Shown here piece after piece: positions 8,401 through 16,963 of a stretch of DNA of 64,000 bases. Positions within the stretch are counted from its first letter, which is position 1. Each line of letters opens with the position of its first letter. The position numbers and the translations under genes are program-made. This DNA comes from an uncultured Candidatus Saccharibacteria bacterium (lineage in GTDB: Bacteria > Patescibacteriota > Saccharimonadia > Saccharimonadales > JAGQNJ01): NCBI GenBank assembly GCA_964491925.1, contig CAZBGZ010000001.1, positions 128,701-192,700 of the forward strand, written 5' to 3'. Below the pieces are notes generated by a model. That model saw only the letters and a program-made list of their open reading frames with translations, was not told the DNA's origin and ran no database searches.

Positions 8401-11334
8401 CTAATTTTTACTGCTGATTTTTTTATGCCCGATAAATATAGTCATGACTAATAATAGCGCACAGCTCGCTAAAATTATTATTTTACTGTTCAAAAACCCA
8501 TCTGCACTTTTTTTGATACCTGAACTATCGACATGAAAATTCTTTTGCTTGCCGTCTGTTTCTGCGCCAGCGACAGCCCTTCTTGTACTGTTTAAACCGC
8601 TGTCTTCAATGCCTTCATTCAGCTGTTCATTATTTTGAAGGTTTGATTTATCACCAGTAGTTACCTTTGCTTTATTTTGGGAGTTTATGCTATTAGCGCC
8701 TCCCTCTGGCATCGATGAGGTATTTGAACTTTCGCCCTCAACAACTGGATCAGAACCTGCTATTTCGTTCTGAGCGGGGGGTAAATTCGGTTGGTTATCA
8801 ACAACTCCTGGCGTAGGAGGGGTCTCAACGACGTGGTTATCTGTATTATCTGTTGCAGGATTATTTTCATTGGACACTTCATGATTTTCAGGTTCTAAGG
8901 GTGGCTGATTATTTTGGATCTCTATACTTTCGTCACAAACATCATCAATGCTATCTTGGTCAGCATCAACACTACCATTTTTGTCGTCTGGGCAGCTGTC
9001 TAGCTGGTTTTGTACGCCGTCACCGTCAAAATCGATTTCGCTAGCACCTATAAATACAGTTTTGTATATGTCTAGCAGTTCGTCGTTCAGATTAGGGCCA
9101 TATATGTGCAGGGTATGATACCCGGGCTCGACATCCGATGGGATTGAGAAGGCCCCAGATAGTTCACCTTCTGAATTAGTAGTAAATGTACCTAGATTTG
9201 TGGGTTCAGAATGTAGTTCTACTCGATAATCTGTGTTTGCCTTAAGGCTATGCAGTACAGGCTGCAACTCGAATTTTTGTTCACTATCTTTATATATCTC
9301 ATCTCGTGTCAGATTTTCATCTATTTGTGCTACATTTATTTGCCTTCCCGAGGAAGGCACCTGAAGAATCGGCAAGGATGAATCTTCCGAAGGGGAATTG
9401 ATAGTTGTATCTGGTGAGGGCATACTTCGTGTAAAATTCTCTGTTTGTTCTAAAATCTTCGATTTGTATAGTTGATGCCCTAACCTATTCGGGTGGAATC
9501 CTTCGTTTGCTATTATGCCCAGTCTATTATTCCCAGCTGTTACTCCGTTGAGTGCAGAAAACTGAGAATCTACTTCACACAGTTTATGACCAGCAAAAGT
9601 CTCACTTGCATCAACAAAATACACACCAGCTTTTGCTGCTGACTTCTCAATAACTAAGTTAAGATATTCAATTAATAGGTTCGAGAATTCTACTTCGTCG
9701 TTGTTGAGCCGAACATTTACAGCACAATCACCGTGCATTTGAACAACTTTTGGATAGCCTACTGCATATATTTTTGTGCCAGGTTTAACCCCAGACTTTA
9801 ACCCGGTGAATAATTCAACCAGTCTTGTGAATTGCTTATTTATCAACATTACGATTTCTAATCTATCTTCATAGTATCTATAACAAGTGTTTGGTACTAC
9901 GCCATACCCAATACATTGAATTATTACTTTTCCGAAGCCGATGTCATTTCCGCCAATCCCAACTGTCACAACATTCGGTTGATATTTCTTGACGTACTGT
10001 AATTGTCTTTTATAACCCGGCAGTAAATCGCCCATATTATTTGGACTCGGAATATTCTCCTTCTGGACGTATTGATTAATATTCTCAATCTTTGCGCCCG
10101 AACAAGCAACAGAATTATAAGAGTTTAACCCGAGCTGCTGGCCAATAAGGTACGGGTAAGAAGATCTTGAAAGATGACACATATTTTCGTCTGTATCTGT
10201 TTCCGCAAAATAATCATATGCACCTTCACCAGAAGCATACGAATCACCAAGTGCCATGTAGTCTAAGCTAGTCTGCGTGTCGCCTGCGGGTACAAGCCTA
10301 TACTTGGCTAGCTGCCTGGTTGTAGTCGTTGGCGTATAACTGGCGTAAAAAGTCAAGAGACGATTGTCTATAAATCTCAACCTACTAGCTCCCAAACCTC
10401 CGGGGATCTTGCTATTCACAAAAAGCGCATGATCTTTCGAGCTACAGCTGTTGTAAGTTAAAAAAGTAGACGGTGAATTTTGGCAAGAATCAACATCAAT
10501 TACTGTCAAATCTTTGGCTCTAGATGTGGTAGCAACATATTTACCATCGTCCGATATTGCAGTATTAGGCAACGGCGCCTGCCCCAGATTATAAATATAC
10601 GGTGACTTAACTGGCGTAATTTGATATGTCTCGAGATTGATTCGCAGCATGGCGACAGACTGCGAATCTACAACCATCCATTTCCCATTTGAAGAAAATG
10701 AAATAGACTCCGGCCTAATAAATAAGTCTTCCCCTCTCGGATCCTTGAAAGTTTTTGAAGGAGTATCTGGCAAGAAATAAGAAAACTCTCCACTGATGAT
10801 ATTCTTCTCAACTCTCAACCTTCTGCTGACGTTTTTATACAAATGTAACTTAATTCCGCCAGATGTATTCTGTAATACTATTGCATTTGGAGAGTCTGGG
10901 ATCGGTGTAATAAATGAATCAGTACCAACTGATGTTTTTAGTTTTCCTGCTACTTTGGTCCCATTGAGTGATATATATCCATTTGGGTCAACGGCTCCAT
11001 ATAAAGTTTGTACGGCACAAGCATCGTGCCCCTTTTCTGAGAAGCCAAAGCTAGCCGGTCGGGTTATAAATTTGTGCATTTGGCAGTCTACGTTGCCATA
11101 ACCAGCCAGCGTAGCAGGGAAACCTTGACCGGGCGCCAAATCCTGTGGGCTGCTCAGATTTGGCGTTTCTGCCACTAGCCACGGGTCAACTGCAGTTTCT
11201 GCTTTTAATGATGTCATCCGAAAAACTACAATAAATAATACCGACAACACTGCCGAAAACCTGAAAAATAGTTTCGCACGCCGTTTTATTTTGCCCACCC
11301 TGTTCCTTTGTCCTAAATATATATGACTAGCCAC
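8401..11334 (-). CDS. Large surface-anchored SGNH/GDSL-family hydrolase (esterase/lipase-like) with propeller-like N-domain and calcium-binding TSP3-like repeats
   Basis: 977 aa. SGNH block I is YMALGDSYASGEG (GDS codons at about 10240-10248), with later GGND and a block V-like 'HPNRLGH'. There is a D-rich Cys-containing repeat DFDGDGVQNQLDSCPDDKNGSVDADQDSIDDVCDE. The protein has an N-terminal signal/anchor and a C-terminal TM followed by a basic tail. Confidence 0.75.
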   Translation of the reverse strand: MASHIYLGQRNRVGKIKRRAKLFFRFSAVLSVLFIVVFRMTSLKAETAVDPWLVAETPNLSSPQDLAPGQGFPATLAGYGNVDCQMHKFITRPASFGFSEKGHDACAVQTLYGAVDPNGYISLNGTKVAGKLKTSVGTDSFITPIPDSPNAIVLQNTSGGIKLHLYKNVSRRLRVEKNIISGEFSYFLPDTPSKTFKDPRGEDLFIRPESISFSSNGKWMVVDSQSVAMLRINLETYQITPVKSPYIYNLGQAPLPNTAISDDGKYVATTSRAKDLTVIDVDSCQNSPSTFLTYNSCSSKDHALFVNSKIPGGLGASRLRFIDNRLLTFYASYTPTTTTRQLAKYRLVPAGDTQTSLDYMALGDSYASGEGAYDYFAETDTDENMCHLSRSSYPYLIGQQLGLNSYNSVACSGAKIENINQYVQKENIPSPNNMGDLLPGYKRQLQYVKKYQPNVVTVGIGGNDIGFGKVIIQCIGYGVVPNTCYRYYEDRLEIVMLINKQFTRLVELFTGLKSGVKPGTKIYAVGYPKVVQMHGDCAVNVRLNNDEVEFSNLLIEYLNLVIEKSAAKAGVYFVDASETFAGHKLCEVDSQFSALNGVTAGNNRLGIIANEGFHPNRLGHQLYKSKILEQTENFTRSMPSPDTTINSPSEDSSLPILQVPSSGRQINVAQIDENLTRDEIYKDSEQKFELQPVLHSLKANTDYRVELHSEPTNLGTFTTNSEGELSGAFSIPSDVEPGYHTLHIYGPNLNDELLDIYKTVFIGASEIDFDGDGVQNQLDSCPDDKNGSVDADQDSIDDVCDESIEIQNNQPPLEPENHEVSNENNPATDNTDNHVVETPPTPGVVDNQPNLPPAQNEIAGSDPVVEGESSNTSSMPEGGANSINSQNKAKVTTGDKSNLQNNEQLNEGIEDSGLNSTRRAVAGAETDGKQKNFHVDSSGIKKSADGFLNSKIIILASCALLLVMTIFIGHKKISSKN

Positions 11335-11488
11335 CGTTATGCACGAAACAAAATATCTTTAACTAAAATAAGTGTGGAAAAACCCAAAAATCCAAAGTTC
11401 GCTAGAAATCCTAAATGGGACATCGTTTGTTGCAGTCATTAGATCTATTAGCCAATCAAATTTTAACTATTTATTGGATGAGAATATA

Positions 11489-11517
11489 TTGACTTTGGGA
11501 TACTTTTATGTTAATAT
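11489..11517 (+). promoter_or_regulatory. Sigma70 promoter TTGACT-17-TAATAT with extended -10 (TGt), leaderless geometry
   Basis: The -35 is at 11489-11494 and the -10 at 11512-11517. The -10 end plus 7 gives 11524, the A of the second in-frame ATG. Confidence 0.65.
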
Positions 11518-11523
11518 ATGCAG

Positions 11524-11967
11524 ATGAGTGACCACTCTAATCCTATACCTGAAACACGCTGGGAAACCCTCGAAGGTGGCGCAGAATATGGGTACTTAAA
11601 GGTGCCTGGAATAGGAACAATATCCACAACACTATACGATACTGGCGAAACAGGCAGAGGAATGTACGTCGGTATGTTTGTAAGCGAAAGACCAGACTTG
11701 CAACGGACTGGGAACGGGAAAGAACTACTACGGCTAGCTATGTCCGAAGCCAGACAAAAAGGCGCGGCATCGGCCTATGGCCGTTTTGTTACCCAAAGCG
11801 CACTAGGTGCTTTTGCGGGTGTTGTTGGCGAGGAAAATATTACCTTTACAAATCAAGTTAGCGGTAAACCTGTAGATATTACCCTTGACGAAGCTATGGA
11901 TAGGCCAGAAGATTTCGTAGCCCACGCCCCTATACCCCCGGTAGACATAAACGCCCCTGTTATGTAA
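11524..11967 (+). CDS. Small GNAT-like acetyltransferase-fold protein (weak)
   Basis: The ORF-track start is 11518. I prefer the ATG at 11524 because of the promoter geometry. The motif A-like segment is VSERPDLQRTGNGKELLRLAMSEARQKGA (Q/RxxGxG/A). Confidence 0.5.
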   Translation: MSDHSNPIPETRWETLEGGAEYGYLKVPGIGTISTTLYDTGETGRGMYVGMFVSERPDLQRTGNGKELLRLAMSEARQKGAASAYGRFVTQSALGAFAGVVGEENITFTNQVSGKPVDITLDEAMDRPEDFVAHAPIPPVDINAPVM

Positions 11968-11996
11968 TTGACTAAAGATTGTTTTTATGCTAATAT
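11968..11996 (+). promoter_or_regulatory. Sigma70 promoter TTGACT-17-TAATAT with extended -10 (TGc), leaderless geometry; near-duplicate of the 11489 promoter
   Basis: The -35 is at 11968-11973, starting right after the upstream stop codon. The -10 is at 11991-11996, and the -10 end plus 7 gives 12003, the A of the ATG. Confidence 0.65.
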
Positions 11997-12002
11997 ATCT
12001 GG

Positions 12003-12752
12003 ATGGTAATGTCTGTCAACGATGTCCAGTACGCAAACGCTTTAAGAGAACAATATACTGGTTTTGTAGAACAACAGAATGCACAAAATCCTGACTTCAC
12101 TGCGCTTGTTTTAACACCTAGTGATGATGATGGGATTCATGATGCAGCGCTAGTCTTGGGACAGGCATTTGAGCAAAGAGACCCTGTATTTTCACATTTA
12201 CGAGATGTGGGCCAACGCCATAAGCCGTTAGATAGATTCTTTGAATATGTGGTTAGAGAATCTTTGATGCGTGGTGGGTCACCTGTAGTTGCCTACCAAG
12301 ATGATGACACGCCAGTAGCGGCCAGTCTTTATGAGTTGCCAGGAATGAGACCAGAATCTAAGCTTTACACATATATAAATGGTGCTCCTCCAACAATCAG
12401 AACGTTTGGACTATCAGGAGCCTTGCGGGCAGGTTCTGCAGTGGCTGAAGTCGACCAAAAAATGGACAAAATAAAAGCCGGCCTGAAAAAGCCTGCTTTA
12501 TACTTGGCTTATATCGGTGTACGTCCAGATTTTCGGGGCACAGGAGCTATACATGCCGTTGCCGACCCGGCATTAAACCTTGCGGATGAATTTAATATAT
12601 TTGCAGCCTTGGTCAGTAGTAATCGACAAATAAACCTAGATGCATTCAGAAAAGCAGGATACAAAGAGGTCAGTACTACCCATTATGACGGGGGCAAGGG
12701 CCCAGTACTGGGCAACATGGTAAGACGCCCCAAGCAAAGACAAAGGCGGTAA
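12003..12752 (+). CDS. GNAT-family N-acetyltransferase (putative)
   Basis: 249 aa. LAYIGVRPDFRGTGAIHAV matches the GNAT acetyl-CoA-binding motif A. Confidence 0.6.
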   Translation: MVMSVNDVQYANALREQYTGFVEQQNAQNPDFTALVLTPSDDDGIHDAALVLGQAFEQRDPVFSHLRDVGQRHKPLDRFFEYVVRESLMRGGSPVVAYQDDDTPVAASLYELPGMRPESKLYTYINGAPPTIRTFGLSGALRAGSAVAEVDQKMDKIKAGLKKPALYLAYIGVRPDFRGTGAIHAVADPALNLADEFNIFAALVSSNRQINLDAFRKAGYKEVSTTHYDGGKGPVLGNMVRRPKQRQRR

Positions 12753-12754
12753 CC

Positions 12755-13528
12755 ATGCCAAACATTGATCACATTCCCCTAACTGTTGCAGATAGCCTGG
12801 AAGGCGTTCGCGAACAAGCTATTGCTATATATAGCAATGAGATACCCGGGGCGCAGGTCCACGAAGACGTCATGAGAGAATTCGGTTGCGTGGCGGTCCT
12901 GGAAGAAATAGAAGGTGCTGCTGAATTTGTGAGTGGGACTCCAATACTGTTCACTAGCTTTTTTTCAAGGGAAGGCCATTTGGTGCCCCATCTCCATAGG
13001 GGGCTAAGAGGTATTTCTGCTCATGTCAGTAAAGATGTCGAGGCAAAGGATGCAGTAGAATTAGCATTATCAATCTACGAAGACCCAAGCGACCACATAC
13101 GAATCTACGGTTCAGCGAAAGAATTACACAGAAAGAGATACACAGGAAAAGGCATGGCGGAGGTCCCTACTGAAGAGTTGTCGGGGCCCATACACGTTGG
13201 TGACTTAGTGCCAGGACGAATGACTTTTTTTGGTGAAGGTAACTTTTATAAATCAAAGGCAGTAACACATTATTTCAGAAGGGATAACGAATCCCCAGGA
13301 AGTTGGGCGAGGTTTTCTAGTGGGGCTGCCGATAGCGCCAACCCAGTAAGAAGCAGAGAGCTGAATGCACTTCTAAAGAAGTATGTTGCCTTCCAAGAAG
13401 CTGATGATTTTACTGAAATGCTAGCGGCAGGAGAAAGAGCCCCAGAAATATTCTTTGGACATCCTGGGTTAGATGTTACGGCGGAAGAATTAAGGCAGGC
13501 ACAACTGCGGTTTCGCATAGAACAATAG
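12755..13528 (+). CDS. Hypothetical protein, paralog A of a tandem pair (possible metal-binding beta-barrel enzyme)
   Basis: 257 aa, alignable over its full length with the next gene (for example GPIHVGDLVPGRMTFFGEG vs GPVFIGDIVPDIITVFNEG, and FGHPGLDVTAEELRQA vs IKHPGANVTEDQIERA). It carries a PHLHRG motif at 12986-13003. Confidence 0.6.
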   Translation: MPNIDHIPLTVADSLEGVREQAIAIYSNEIPGAQVHEDVMREFGCVAVLEEIEGAAEFVSGTPILFTSFFSREGHLVPHLHRGLRGISAHVSKDVEAKDAVELALSIYEDPSDHIRIYGSAKELHRKRYTGKGMAEVPTEELSGPIHVGDLVPGRMTFFGEGNFYKSKAVTHYFRRDNESPGSWARFSSGAADSANPVRSRELNALLKKYVAFQEADDFTEMLAAGERAPEIFFGHPGLDVTAEELRQAQLRFRIEQ

Positions 13529-13534
13529 TAAATT

Positions 13535-14332
13535 ATGAGTGATTTTGAGACAGCAAGGTTAGAGGTTGTTTTTACACCTGATGAGGCACAACACCAGGCA
13601 GAAGCCGTATACCAAATGGAACAACCTGGTTTTCAAATTGACCCAATTGGCGTCCTGGAATTCGGCCGAATTGCTTTTATCGAAGCCTTAGAGCAAGCTT
13701 CGGTTTCATCACGAACAGAGACGTTGCTAGTTAATGCTTACACGCATTCATTGCCGAAAAGAATTAGCCTAGGCCCACATATTGACGGGGGGATGCAGGG
13801 GCTGGGAATTCACAGAAATAAATCTGGGCACCAGCCAGATGGCATACAACTGGCCATGCCCGCCTTTACAACTACCGAAACCGGTAGTGCTCTTTTTTTA
13901 AGTGAGCCAGATGGAATATGGAGCAAACAATACGAAGGTACTGGAATTTTTGATTTGGACTCTAGCCTTATTTCAGGTCCTGTGTTTATCGGTGATATTG
14001 TTCCGGACATTATTACCGTTTTTAATGAAGGGGACGAGAGTGGGGCAGGAAAAGTAATTCATTTCTTTAGTCAAAGCGGGGGCAGAGACTGGGAGAGATA
14101 TGGTAGTCAAGCGCCACAAAACGAAATCACCGAAGAGAACAAGGCCAAAAACTTATTAATCAAAGACTTTTTGGCACTAGAAGAGTACGAAGAACTTTTA
14201 GAACAAGTTGCTGCAGGGGGTCTACCTAGACGATATCTAATTAAACACCCCGGAGCAAATGTTACAGAAGATCAGATTGAGCGTGCGCTAGACACTTTTT
14301 CTATTGGTTTTACTTTAACTGGCGTACGCTAA
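13535..14332 (+). CDS. Hypothetical protein, paralog B of the tandem pair (HxD...H motif)
   Basis: 265 aa. GPHIDGG (HID codons 13778-13786) is followed about 90 aa later by KVIHFFSQSGGRDW (His codon 14060-14062). This spacing is reminiscent of an Fe(II)/2OG-oxygenase facial triad, but that reading is a hypothesis only. Confidence 0.6.
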   Translation: MSDFETARLEVVFTPDEAQHQAEAVYQMEQPGFQIDPIGVLEFGRIAFIEALEQASVSSRTETLLVNAYTHSLPKRISLGPHIDGGMQGLGIHRNKSGHQPDGIQLAMPAFTTTETGSALFLSEPDGIWSKQYEGTGIFDLDSSLISGPVFIGDIVPDIITVFNEGDESGAGKVIHFFSQSGGRDWERYGSQAPQNEITEENKAKNLLIKDFLALEEYEELLEQVAAGGLPRRYLIKHPGANVTEDQIERALDTFSIGFTLTGVR

Positions 14333-14573
14333 CAAAGTTTGCTTCACTTTTGATTAAAAATCTTTATAATGCTAAGCATAAGTAATAAGGACAAACCAAA
14401 TGCCAGCTAAAAAGAAAAAACAAACTGTAAAGACAATAGTGAAAACCGAAATGTCTAACCTATCGATATTCGTAATTGTATTACTGTTTGTATCGTTATT
14501 GACTGTCAGCGTACTATTTCTAGCATCGAATAACTGGATTAGTCTGTAACCAACGGTTACAAAAATGACTTTT

Positions 14574-15356
14574 TTAGGCGCGTTTTCGATATGTGCTGAT
14601 AGATAATGGCACGAATACTGCAAGTATGCCAATTATCCATAGGCCTAGTTTCCATAGCGCGCCGTTCATTGGAGTGCCGAGGGCCAGACTTCTGGCTGAC
14701 TCTACGGCGAAAGTCACTGGTTGATTAGCAGCAAAGGCTTGTAGCCATCCCGGCATTGTCTCTATGGGCACAAATGCAGCACTAGCAAAAGTTAGCGGAA
14801 AAATGAATACAAAACCAGCAAGTTGGGCAGTTTCACTGTCTTTGACCAATAGACCCATGAGTGCAGCAGCCCAAGACATTGCAAAGCTGAAAAGTAGTAC
14901 AGACAAGAACATTCCAACCGCACTAACCCAACCGTCCTGAAAACGGAAACCGTATATTGTGCCGACAATAAACATAATAGTCATTACAACAATATTACGA
15001 ATCATGTCAGAAATCGTCCGACCGGCCATAACTGCAGCGCGTGACATAGGTAGACTACGAAATCTGTCAATTATCCCTTTGCCCATGTCCTCTGCTAGTC
15101 CTATCCCGGTATTGAGTGCCCCGAAGAGTGTTGTCTGCACCAAAATACCCGGTAGCAAAAAGTTGATGTACAAACCGCCCGGGATTCCTTTTGCGCCACC
15201 AATTGCGCCACCAAAAACAAAGTTAAAGAGTGTTAGGAATATAACTGGCTGAATTGATGAGAAAAATAACAACTGGGGTAAGCGAAGATAGCGCTTTAGA
15301 TTACGCTGGGTTATTGCCCAGGTATCGGCTATCTCATAGTAGGCAGTGCGCAACAT
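14574..15356 (-). CDS. ABC-2 type transporter permease (DrrB-like)
   Basis: 260 aa with 6 TM segments. It overlaps the stop of the ATPase gene by 1 nt, and the ABC-2 family architecture is typical. Confidence 0.85.
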   Translation of the reverse strand: MLRTAYYEIADTWAITQRNLKRYLRLPQLLFFSSIQPVIFLTLFNFVFGGAIGGAKGIPGGLYINFLLPGILVQTTLFGALNTGIGLAEDMGKGIIDRFRSLPMSRAAVMAGRTISDMIRNIVVMTIMFIVGTIYGFRFQDGWVSAVGMFLSVLLFSFAMSWAAALMGLLVKDSETAQLAGFVFIFPLTFASAAFVPIETMPGWLQAFAANQPVTFAVESARSLALGTPMNGALWKLGLWIIGILAVFVPLSISTYRKRA

Positions 15357-16345
15357 TATTTTTTCCTACCCTTCTGCTTTTTTGGAGTTGTTTGGTCTTT
15401 GGCGCGTTCGCCAGTTAGGCTGAGAAAAACATCATCGAGTGATGGTCTATGAAGAGAAATTGCCTCTGGCTCTACTTTTTCTTTATCTAGTGCCCGAACT
15501 ATTTCTAATAAGCTTTTTGAACCACTCTTGACTGGGACTGTGATTGTTGCCCCCTCAACAGTTGGTTTTTTTGTAGCAATTTTTGACACCGCTTTGGTCG
15601 CTACGTCCACTAGGTCTTCGTCTTTTACCTCGAACTCTACAACATCACCACCCAACCTTGCTTTCAACTGGTCACTGGTGCCTTCTGCGATTACTTTTCC
15701 GTGGTCAATCACTGCAATTTTATCTGCTAACTCGTCGGCTTCTTCTAGGTACTGGGTTGTTAGTAGGATTGTCGTACCTTCTTTTACTAACCCCCGAATA
15801 ACTTCCCATAGGTCTAGACGAGTTCTTGGGTCTAGCCCAGTAGTTGGTTCGTCCAAGAAAAGAATCTTTGGGTGGCCAACTAGACTAGCTCCTAGGTCAA
15901 GTCTACGACGCATACCACCAGAATAGGTTTTTACCTGACGCCCTGCAGCCTCTAATAAATGCAGTTGTTCTAAAATAGCTTGAGCACGCTGCTTGGCCTC
16001 TTTGTGGCTGAGGTGATATAGCCGCCCGACCATGTAAAGGTTTTCGCGGCCCGTCAAAAACTCGTCAACCGCTGCAAACTGACCGGCAAGTCCGATTAGT
16101 TTTCGTACATCATGTGGGTTTTGCTCCACATCAATACCCAGAACTTTTACCGTACCTTTGTCTGGGCTCATCAGGGTAGATAGCATTCGAACTAACGTAG
16201 TTTTACCAGCGCCGTTAGGGCCAAGAAGGCCAAAAACTTTGCCAGTTTCTGCCTGCAGAGTTACGCCGTCTAGCGCTTTTACATCGCCAAAATATTTTTT
16301 GACCCCATGGGTATCGATTGCCAACTCTTTCATCTTAGGAACCAT
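15356..16345 (-). CDS. ABC transporter ATP-binding protein (DrrA/daunorubicin-resistance-like)
   Basis: Walker A GPNGAGKTT, signature YSGGMRRRL, Walker B ILFLDEPTTGLD, and a DrrA-type C-terminal extension. Confidence 0.9.
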   Translation of the reverse strand: MVPKMKELAIDTHGVKKYFGDVKALDGVTLQAETGKVFGLLGPNGAGKTTLVRMLSTLMSPDKGTVKVLGIDVEQNPHDVRKLIGLAGQFAAVDEFLTGRENLYMVGRLYHLSHKEAKQRAQAILEQLHLLEAAGRQVKTYSGGMRRRLDLGASLVGHPKILFLDEPTTGLDPRTRLDLWEVIRGLVKEGTTILLTTQYLEEADELADKIAVIDHGKVIAEGTSDQLKARLGGDVVEFEVKDEDLVDVATKAVSKIATKKPTVEGATITVPVKSGSKSLLEIVRALDKEKVEPEAISLHRPSLDDVFLSLTGERAKDQTTPKKQKGRKK

Positions 16346-16378
16346 TAGTTACTATTATAAGTAAAGTTACTTATTTGT

Positions 16379-16963
16379 CTAGGAATTTTTTGTATTACTG
16401 GATTTGCGTTTGCCTAATAAGATGGCAGATATTATTGCTACTGATGCGGTCATTGCAGCTAGTGGGTAAATAAGAAGGCTCTTGTCTAGTCTCCCTACCG
16501 AAAGGGCCGCCAAGAAACCCGCGATTAAATACAAAGCCCAGGGCATTATTGGCTCTGTATCTGGGGCTTCGATCGATTTTGTGACTACTAGAAATGTGCC
16601 AACAGCATCCACTAATAAGCTAGATAGCAAAGCGACTAACGGCTGATCGGTCCCGACCCAAACCGCCACCCCGATGCCTGCGACAATCAAGCTCGCTATA
16701 TCCCGTTTGGCCAACCATTTGTAACCATATTTAATTGCCAGAAAAAACATAATTATTCCAACAACCATATCTCCAAATGGCAACCATAATGAGTCGGCAG
16801 CCCCATCGGCACGCGACGATAGGAATATGACAGTATTGGTTGCCAACCATATTAACGTTGCCCCGCGCTCGGGTTTGGTTTTGCCCCAAATAATTTCGTA
16901 AAAATACTGAATTGCTGCCGCAAAAACAAAAACCGCCGACAGCCACCCGAAAACCTCAGTCAT
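16379..16963 (-). CDS. 6-TM membrane protein with internal duplication (possible PQ-loop-like transporter)
   Basis: 194 aa. Both halves show a helix followed by a K(T/S)x(K/E)xP(E/D) turn (IIWGKTKPERG and VVTKSIEAPDTEP). It overlaps the HD gene by 8 nt. Confidence 0.5.
   Translation of the reverse strand: MTEVFGWLSAVFVFAAAIQYFYEIIWGKTKPERGATLIWLATNTVIFLSSRADGAADSLWLPFGDMVVGIIMFFLAIKYGYKWLAKRDIASLIVAGIGVAVWVGTDQPLVALLSSLLVDAVGTFLVVTKSIEAPDTEPIMPWALYLIAGFLAALSVGRLDKSLLIYPLAAMTASVAIISAILLGKRKSSNTKNS

Noticed and set aside
14372-14632. An 86-aa minus-strand ORF overlapping the 3' end of the ABC permease, and a 32-aa hydrophobic plus-strand ORF (14451..14549) in the same AT-rich spacer
   Set aside because: No Shine-Dalgarno sequence or promoter geometry supports either ORF. 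Hydrophobic peptides arise on both strands from T-rich sequence. The 86-aa ORF would overlap the permease by 59 nt. I could not support either as a gene.
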